This document shows, one piece after another, positions 55,408 to 64,000 of a stretch of DNA of 64,000 nt. The position numbers were made by a program, and so were the translations under genes. The stretch is taken from assembly GCA_021613535.1 (NCBI GenBank), contig CP075497.1, positions 9,672,001-9,736,000 on the forward strand, given 5' to 3'. Under the pieces are notes generated by a model that did no database searches, had not been told where the DNA came from, and saw only the letters and a program-made list of their open reading frames with translations. Numbering within the stretch: position 1 is the stretch's first letter; every line of letters starts with the position of its first letter. The stretch is from Adineta vaga. Taxonomy: Eukaryota; Animalia; Rotifera.

Positions 55408-56486
55408 ATGCACTTACATTTTAATTCTAGTATTCTTGATTACATTCATCTTACACCACCAAGTTGGTCAATCACTACAACTACTATGAAACTCTGTGCG
55501 ATTCTATTTTCATTACTTGATTTTGATAAAACTAATCGTTTAGAAGAATATCATATTCATGCTTTACTTATTTATTTAACAAATATAAAGAAAAATGAAA
55601 CATCAACTCTTTTCTATAAACTAGGTATGTATGTATTACATATACAGTTCACGTTTGAATCTTTTTTCTCTCTTATAAAGATCTTGATCGATCAGGTGCA
55701 ATGGAATTAGAAGAATTCTTTCTTTTAATTACTCTATTAATCGCAAATAAAGTAAAACTGAATACATTATTCGAGTTACTTTGTTTTGTAGTAGAACATC
55801 TTGTTATAGGATAAGAAAGAAAAAGAATTTATGCATGCACATTCAAAAACTGTCTTTGAATTACTTGATGATGATAGTTCAGGATCGATTACTGTTGAAG
55901 AATTTCAACGACTTGGCTTTCTTTTCAATCTTGATAACCGAGAAATTCGTGTTATTTTCAAAGATTTTGATATTAGTGGTGATGATGCACTTGATTATTC
56001 TGAATTTCGTATGTTTACGTTAGCTTGCATTAATAAACAAAAATCAATGAAAAAGAAACGTTTTAAAATCTTATTACAACGTCGTTTTACTTTTCTAGCA
56101 AAACAACGACATTCAATTCTTAAATATATTAATAAAACAATCAATGAATGTGTTCCGTAAGTTTCACAGGAACATCATAGTTTGAAAAACTGATTCGTTT
56201 TCTTTGCAGAGGTTTAAATGTTTATGATGAAGATGATCCTTTTCCTCGTGTGACTTTTCCAACAGATATAATTCTTCCTTGTCAACAATCGATTATTTAT
56301 CATCATCCATTACTCGTGCCAACTTCTATTGGTACTGATTCGTTATTAATTAAAAAATCGACTTATGATCAAGAAATCTTGTCTGATATATTTGATTATA
56401 TACAAATCCCACAAACAAATGATTCTCAATCAACAAAATCACAATCATTCAGTCAAAGTTATTATTCATCATCAAGTATCTTTTAA
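55408..56486 (+). CDS. EFCAB9: EF-hand calcium-binding protein, EFCAB9-like
   Basis: LFSLLD..LIYLTNIKK..LFYKLDLDRSGAMELEEFFLLITLLIA..EKEFMHAHSKTVFELLD..FLFNL..IFKDFDISGDDALDYSEFRMFT parallels EFCAB9 along its length. The stop is at 56160 or, after splicing, at 56486. Confidence 0.75.
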
Positions 56487-56511
56487 TATTGGCTGATGGA
56501 ATTATTGTTTT

Positions 56512-57629
56512 TTATTTTGGTGTTCGTGGTTTGGATGATCTTGAACTACTAGATTTAATTCGTCTTTGTTTTTCTGTTTTTATTGATGGTTCTTCAGTTG
56601 TATTTTCAATTTTACGAAGTTCTTCTTTCATATAAGCTTGAATCAATTTACGAACTTCTACTAGATCAGGATTTTCTTCATTTTCTAAAAGAAAATATTA
56701 GTCAAATATAGTCTCTTCATTAAAATTACCTGATTTTTGTTCTTGAACTGCATCAGTATTCTCTGTTTCTGCTGGTCCATCAATGGTATTTTCTTCTCCT
56801 TTTTGAGTCATTCCTTCATAGGTAAAGTTTAAATTAAAGTCAATCTAAAACAGAGAGTAAATATTACTTGATTATTCTTCTGCATAAAGTTTAACTTACA
56901 TATGGCGTGAAAATATATTTGTACATTTTGATATGACGAAAATAAGTATCAATTACATAGTCCATAATTTTTTTAGCTAAATCTGGTGTAAATATTCTTA
57001 AGTTATGTGGTGGTCTCTACAAAAAATAGCTAGATAAAATTGATGATTAAATCCTGAAAACTGATTCCTACGAATAAGGAATGTTTTGAAATTAATGCTT
57101 TGAAATATTGATATGTTTCTTCCATATTTGCATAAGGTGTTCCTAAATTTAGTAAGAGAGTGAAAGATAATGTGATCATATTTGTGAAGTGACTTACGAT
57201 TTGATAAATCATGAACACGTTTTAAAATACTGAGAAATGATGAGATCTGTTCATGATTAAACTCATTTGTACGAGCAAATTTCAATGCATAATAAAAAAG
57301 ATCACATAAGATTATCGTACGTTTAGTATTTCGTTTAAATTCGAAAATTTTGATAAAAAATCTAAAACGAAAATTCAATTATTTGATCGATTTGATTTTC
57401 AAGATAATCATATCATACTCATTTATACTCTCCGGATCATGTAATGCTTCTAATTTTCTCGTTTGTTCACGAGAAAAATCCGTCCTACAAATACAATACA
57501 TATAAATGAAGTCATCTAAGAAGGATATTTTTTGTTACCAAGTAACAATGACTGCTTTTGGAGTTGGTAGATTCTAAAATCAGAAAGAAACTAACTTGCG
57601 TGTTCATATTCTAATCAACTTACATGCAT
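56512..57629 (-). CDS. CFAP119/CCDC189-like central-pair C1a (CLAMP-family) protein, multi-exon
   Basis: KAVIVTW.D, ILCDLFYYALKFARTNEFNHEQISSFLSILKRVH, TPYANMEETYQYFK, IFTPDLAKKIMDYVIDTYFRHIKMYKYIFTP. Confidence 0.75.
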
Positions 57630-58324
57630 AATTTAAATCACGTTCCGTCGTTTATGTTAAAGAAAAGTAAACGACAGTTTTCAGAAATGTCTACCATTGA
57701 AAATGAACAACACATCCGTTGCTAAGGTTACAAACCGAGGGCGCCAGGAGAAATTATCCATGAAACAAAGTGCTATACTGCGTGCACTTTTTATTTATTT
57801 GTGTAACAGCATGTTTCAATCATAAAAATGTACGTTTTAAAATATTAAAAAGATACATTATCAAACTGTATATAAATCCGTATCTTATTCAACAAGGAAA
57901 AACGCATAAATTCAAAAAGAATATAGGAAAACAAAGGATAAATTCATGCATACTCAATCATACTGACAAAAGAATCTTTAATGACGCACGACTCTATGAT
58001 ATTTCATTTCTTGTTTTGGAAGATATTTGAAATGTCATTTTACTTATTTTAATTTGAAAACTAATTATACAGCCTATAAACATCTCTAATCATTGTTTCG
58101 AATGAAAAATTTCTTTCTTTCTCTTGTTTCTATTGTTTTCCTCACTATATAGTTTTCCATTCTTATGAACAGAGTAGAAAAAATGTTTAGAAGTTACTCG
58201 GGGCAACATCGTGAACAATATAAACGACAAAGAATAATATTAAATAAAACAGAATCATTCTTCATCGTATTTGAACAAGTAACAAAAGCATCAAAGAATA
58301 GTTTTTTATCATCAATAAAATCTC

Positions 58325-59550
58325 ATGGATTCATTTGTTCAATGTTATTATTGTAATAAACTTTTGAATCATCCATTAGAACTATTATGTCGGCATTCAT
58401 TCTGTTCGAATTGTTTAACAAAAGAAGTTAAGAATGAAAAGATCATTTGTCCCATATGTAGTGTTGAACATACTGCACCGGGTGCATCTTTATCAACAGC
58501 AAAAGAAGATAAACTTACACCATATCTGATTGGTTTGAACAGGTTAATCACTTTTCTTTCATAATATTCGAAAAAATCTTGTTTTTATATTCATTTTCTG
58601 CAGTGGTGATCCATATTCGTCAATTACTGAGACATCTCCAGCAACCATTCATGCTGAATGTGCTGGATGTAAACAAATAACTGATTTACGTATATGTTTT
58701 CATTGTGATAAACCATTATGTACTAGTTGTCGAGCAATTCATTATGAATTACAACGAAAAGATGTTGATCATTCAATTCAGAGTTTATTAACTAAAACAA
58801 ATGAATTACTTGTTATAGCTCGTATGTATAATCTTATCTTTAAAGGATCGTAAGAGAAAAAGATTTTCACCTGTATATATTTATAGAATCATTGAATACG
58901 AGTCGAACGAATCGTATTCAAGAATATAAATTAATGAAAGATAAAGTGACAGCACATGCGAATGAATTGGTGAAAATATTACATGATGAAGAACAAACGC
59001 TTCAGAAAAAGATTGATGCAAGAATTCAATATGAAACTGAGTATGTATATAATGCATATTGATCTTAGAGTTTCTAGATGCTTTCAATTTAGACGAATTG
59101 CTACGACAGAACGTGAACAACAATATTTACAAAAGAATAAAACGACTTTAGATCAAGTTGTTGACAAATATCGAGAGTAAGTGATATTAAATGCATATAT
59201 TTAATCTTCTAGTTTCTGATTGTTTAGTGAAAAAAATCAAATGATTTTATTGAAAATGCATAAAGATTACTTAGATTTAGCACCAAATTGGAGAGGAAGA
59301 TTAGATATTTATGCAGGTCGAATCAATACAAAGAAAGAAGAAGTAAAAATACTCTATTTATCTCAAAGTTAAATCAAAATATTCGACTTTTTTCATTCTA
59401 TAGGAATTACATTTTCAGCCGACTCAACCTGGTAAAAACGATACTCTTGTTGGCAAACTAATCGATTCGAAAAATGTTACCCTTCATGCCGTAGCAGGTT
59501 CTAAACCTGTTACTACTCCAGCAGCTAGTCGTTCATGCAATATCATGTAA
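58325..59550 (+). CDS. TRIM-like RING / B-box-like / coiled-coil protein with a C-terminal CaaX
   Basis: RING CYYC..CRHSFCSNC..CPIC; CAGC..CFHCDKPLCTSCRAIH; coiled coil; ends SRSCNIM*. Confidence 0.8.
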
Positions 59551-60001
59551 ATGTATATTTCCGAAAACATTAACTTTATTCATAATAATTAAACTATTTA
59601 TACTATCTCATTCGTTTTAATCTATCGACAAGATAGATATTTTATTAATTTTTTTTCAAAAGCAAAAAATAGACACACACACACACATACACATACACAT
59701 ATATAGATATAGATATATGTATCTCGGAATAACAAAAAAATGAACATCTATATCAAAAGCAAAAAAAGAGTTGTAAAATAATAGATCTCTTGTTTTGTTT
59801 TTTAGCAACTAAGATTTCTCTTTTTTTTTGGTTTTTTCTTTCTGTACAACAACGGTCCAAATTTTTTTATCTGATAGATAGAAACACACACAAAAGAAAA
59901 CAAAACATGAAGATGATATAATACTACACACCGAATGAAGAAAAAAAAGAAAGGTATACATAGGTTAATAACTAAATGTTCATTCTAGATAACTAGAAAC
60001 T

Positions 60002-60355
60002 TTAAGCTCTTGCTTTTGGTTGTTGTTGCAATGATTGTGCATATGCAGCTAAAGATAAAAGAGAATGTGAATCTTTTTTTTCGAATATGATGTGTGTATT
60101 CGTACGTGTTTGTTTATATGCTTGTAATTCCACTTCATAACGTTCTTTTGCTTCTTTTGCAGCCTTTTCATATCGACGTTTCAAATCGTCTGGTGCTGAA
60201 CGCCATTTTTCTCCAATAACTTTCGCAACATCGGCTACGGATAATGAAGCATTTACAGATTTGACTTTTGGTCTTTCATCTTGCGAAAAAATGAAAAATG
60301 CGGATAAGGGTCGTTTCGGTGCATTAGGATCTTTTTGTTTTGATACGCGTGGCAT
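60002..60355 (-). CDS. Single HMG-box protein (HMGB box B-like)
   Basis: KDPNAPKRPLSAFFIFSQDERPKVK...VAKVIGEKW...YEKAAKEAKERYEVELQAY; probable small in-frame intron at ~60050-60106. Confidence 0.92.
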   Translation of the reverse strand: MPRVSKQKDPNAPKRPLSAFFIFSQDERPKVKSVNASLSVADVAKVIGEKWRSAPDDLKRRYEKAAKEAKERYEVELQAYKQTRTNTHIIFEKKDSHSLLSLAAYAQSLQQQPKARA

Positions 60356-62782
60356 TCCTAGATGTTTATAAATATCTTGTTTTTATATTTAGTTCTAGAA
60401 GAAGAAAAGGAAAAGAGAAGAATTTTTTTTTCGTTTATTTTCAAAATAGTACGAATGTACATATTCAATTGACAAGTGAGAGAAGAACAGGGAGAATACT
60501 ACATGCTTACTTGGCTTTGGCGGGAGTGGAAGAGGGCGATAGAGGTCGAAATAAAACTGGCTAGCGAGGCGCTAGTTTCGATGTAAAAATAAAGGGGAAA
60601 GATGTGTATGTGTATATATGCTGTACTACGACTGAAGCAAGCGCTTTTACTTTGCTTGCTTTTACTCTCTTATTCTCTCTCTGTGTCTATGAACCACTGT
60701 AGTAGTGCACTACTACGTCTCTTCTTTCTCTCTTTCTATGGCATGTCGTCGTATACAAAGTAATATAGGGAGTCGTTCTAATGCCTTTCTTCTTCTTTCT
60801 TTCTGTGCTTATTCGTTTGCCGTCGACGGACGAACGCTTGTGCGCAGCGCTTTTCAAGTAGTATATATATATATATGTGTGTGCGCCTGGTTTTCTCTTT
60901 CTTTTCTGTGCACACATACACGTATACACAGCTCGATTGATAGATTAGACATTGTGTTAGATGGCTGCGTATACATGTATGTGTGCGCGCGCGAACAAAC
61001 GACGCACAGAGGAAAAAACGTTGAAAACGAGAATGATGCATGCATACATACAACGTCTATCGATTCTACCAGTACTGCCTTCATAGCAAATTGCTTCTCG
61101 GGCAAGCAATAATAGTGTAGTGGCAACAGTCGTAGAGTCGAGAGAAAGGGGAAGAAGAAGCAAATACGCCTATGCTGTGTTAAGATGATGGGGGTGATGG
61201 ATTTCTCATGACGCTGACGGGCAGTATGCTATACTATCAAAGAAAGAAGAAGAAGAAAACGAAGCGAAGCGTGCCTTATCTAAGACGACAGAGCTTAAGA
61301 ACATTGAAGATAGATCGACTTCAGTAGAGTTGTAAAGATACACATTTAACATCAAATTATTCCTTGATTATATCTTGTATTTTTTCAAACCAAAAGAAAT
61401 CTTTCATCACACTTATCACTGAATATTTATAGAAAGATTTTTGACATCAAAGTACATTTTATTTCGATTTCGATTATGAAATCTGTCAAAAATATTCTCA
61501 TTTTTCTTCTTCTCGTTGATTTTAAATATTTCGAACAGTTTCATACATTCGTAGAAGTCTTTTATTCATTTCTTATAATATATATATATAGGATATTCCA
61601 TTGACATCAAAAAACGAATATCAATATCAGAATATTTATGCGATAAATATTTTTGACAATTTTAAACAAGAATATAGATCAAAGGAAATGAATTCTTCTA
61701 ATAATAATCGAAATACATTGAAGATATCAGACAACAAAGTCAAAATATTTAATTATTTCAAATATATAATCTCTGTAACATTCTATCTTTATTTTGTAAA
61801 GTCCTTCGAAAAGAACATAAAACAGGTTATAGCGAACAGCAATCAGTAGATGTAAAAGATACGTAATCACTTTAAACAAATGTGAGAAAAACGTTGCTTT
61901 AATAGATATCTGTGATATTTAAATTATCATTTCTGTAACCATAATAATGTTCAAACGTTTTTTTTCGAAATCAATAAAGATATACTACTTTACGTATTTG
62001 TTTATTGTTACTAATATGGTAGTTATGCATATAGTATAGTATAATTCGTTTTATTGTATCGAAGTTAAAGGGCGTGTGATATTCATCAACATAAACAGTT
62101 ATTCTCCTGTAAATAACAATAAAAAATATCAGGTAATTCATTGATACATTATGATGTGAGAACTTCATAATATATATAGTTAAGAATAAATTCTTTGGAT
62201 TTGACTGCTAAAAATGGTACACATTTATAGCTTAACAGGACTAATTGAAAGTCAAAAAAATACGAACATATTCTTCTAACTTCTAGTGCAAATGATTCAT
62301 AACATGTTTCGAAATAAAAATTAGAATTAACAGTAAGATTTAAATAGGCAAAATCATCTATCTAACTTCCCGTTCTACAAAAATACGTTTTGAAAATATG
62401 AAATCAATATATCGATACAAAAAAAAATTATTACTCACTTTGAAATCTCCCTAATTATTTTACAACAATGATACTAGTTATTTATCTACAAGAATATTAA
62501 TTAATAATTATTTCTCTATTCAAATTGTTTTTCTGATGTTTTTTTTCTAGCACTAGAAACTAGCGTCCTCTAGTTATTGTCAGAAAAACGATTGGCTTTG
62601 TAACTATGTTTGATGCATCCAATCGGTGAATGACTTGCGTATTACAGAATTATAGAAAGAGGAAACAATGAAATTTAGTCATTTTCTACGAAATTTCCTT
62701 GGAAAAATAGACCTTGCTCAACTATATTGCATCTTGTTTTAACTACTGACAGTTTTCTTTCGTATAGAGCCTTCAACACAAT

Positions 62783-64000
62783 ATGTCGATGAATAATTTC
62801 GATGCAGAGATGTCTCGGTAAGTGTTTATCATTGAAATTGTTAAACTTTTCCATTTGACGTTTTCGTTTCATTTTAGTTTCGAGAATGAAATCTCGAACG
62901 CGAATCCAATTAATGGTCCACCTCGTATGCCTATGATGCCATCTGGTCCACCACCACCTGGCATGTTTCCACCCATAATGCCAGGTTTACCTCCGCTTCC
63001 ACCACCACCACCAAGTGTCATGGCTCAATTAATGAACAATAATGTTCCACTACCTCCTTCAGCACGTTTACCTCCTCGGCCTGCTTTTGTCCCTCATCAA
63101 CTTCGTCATCGTGTTCCACAACAATCTGTGCCCTTCCATTCTTCATCATCAAGAACACCACAAATACCTCAACGCGTTCCATCATCACCACCCTTAGCAC
63201 CTGCGCAAAATTCCAATCCTCCTCAACAACAGCAATCAATACTTTCAGCTCAGCCATTATTGTATAAAAATCAAACTCCAAATGAAAAACCAGCTCCATC
63301 TGTGGAACCAACAAATCCTACTCTTCAACGTCCGCCTGTACAAACACCAATCATAGATAATAAACCTTCTACATCACAAAAATTAGATAAACCCATTGTT
63401 ACTAAACTTGAACAAAATCCTCATCCAGTTAGTAAAGCATACGATTCATCGGCACATGCAATGGAAACTCGTGGTAAGAAAAAAAATAATCACTACTCTT
63501 TACTCAAACGAATTATCTATATTTCATTATTTTAGATCATGAAGGTGAAAGTAGTTCTACAACAAAGAAAAAAAATAAGAATAAAGCACAGAAAAAACCA
63601 CGTCATGTTCGTATGGCTGGTGGAACAACTTGGGAAGATGAGACACTTGGAGAATGGGATCCAGGTAAGATTGATTTAAATTAGAAAAAAAAGTAATCTT
63701 CATAGATTTTATTTAGATGATTTTCGTCTGTTTTGTGGTGATCTTGGCAATGAAGTTAATGACGATGCTTTAACACGAGCATTTAATAAGTATCCATCAT
63801 TTCAAAAAGCTAAAGTTGTTCGTGATAAACGATCAGGAAAAACTCGTGGTTACGGTTTTGTATCATTCAAAGATTCTCAGGATTATATACGTGCTATGCG
63901 CGAAATGAATGGTAAAATTAACGATAATTCTTTTCTTATTCAATGGTTTAATTCTATTTTTTGTTTCTTTTTTAGGTAAATATGTTGGTAATCGACCAAT
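62783..64000 (+). CDS. RBM42: RNA-binding protein 42 (3'-partial)
   Basis: AEMSRFENEI, a Pro-rich region, then RMAGGTTWEDETLGEWDPDDFRLFCGDLGNEVNDD..KAKVVRDKRSGKTRGYGFVSF..REMNGKYVGNRP. Confidence 0.95.

Noticed and set aside
60050-60106. Stop-free in-frame intron in the HMG-box gene as regulated retention
   Set aside because: Short 3n introns without stops arise by chance; there is no evidence of retention.
60340-61300. Cluster of overlapping short ORFs in a GC/CpG-richer region
   Set aside because: Low-complexity translations; best explained as the promoter and 5' UTR region of the HMG-box gene.
1-64000. CRISPR arrays, rRNA, tRNA or intact transposons
   Set aside because: No spaced direct repeats, cloverleaf or rRNA signatures, or transposase/RT motifs were seen.

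Overview
This is AT-rich eukaryotic (metazoan) genomic DNA with many short (~50-60 nt) GT-AG introns and dense gene packing. The composition, intron size and gene content (a foreign-looking intronless trehalose-6-phosphate synthase, an LEA protein, a divergent Argonaute) suggest a bdelloid rotifer such as Adineta or Rotaria; this is an inference. About 21 protein-coding loci can be read by hand-splicing, in order: MFSD5-like transporter (partial), two-RRM protein, JmjN/JmjC protein lacking the Fe(II) ligands, second MFSD5-like, frameshifted TPS, GOT2, CISD3, protocadherin-like, Pro/Gln-rich protein with EDGE[LI] motifs, ETAA1-like, APC11, CSPP1/CCDC66-like, class A GPCR, mitochondrial-type LEA, Argonaute with intact DEDH, a degenerate pyridine nucleotide-disulfide oxidoreductase homolog, Notum-like, UBL7-like, EFCAB9-like, CFAP119-like, RING/B-box/coiled-coil with CaaX, HMG-box, and RBM42 (partial). 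No rRNA, tRNA, CRISPR array or intact transposon could be supported. The most unusual items are the Argonaute with a tightly linked oxidoreductase-fold pseudoenzyme, the catalytically dead JmjC next to an RRM gene, a natural His-to-Cys NEET cluster ligand swap, the broken horizontally acquired TPS, a palindromic E-box element before the LEA gene, and a homolog of the CatSper subunit EFCAB9. All family assignments come from motif recognition by eye, not database searches.
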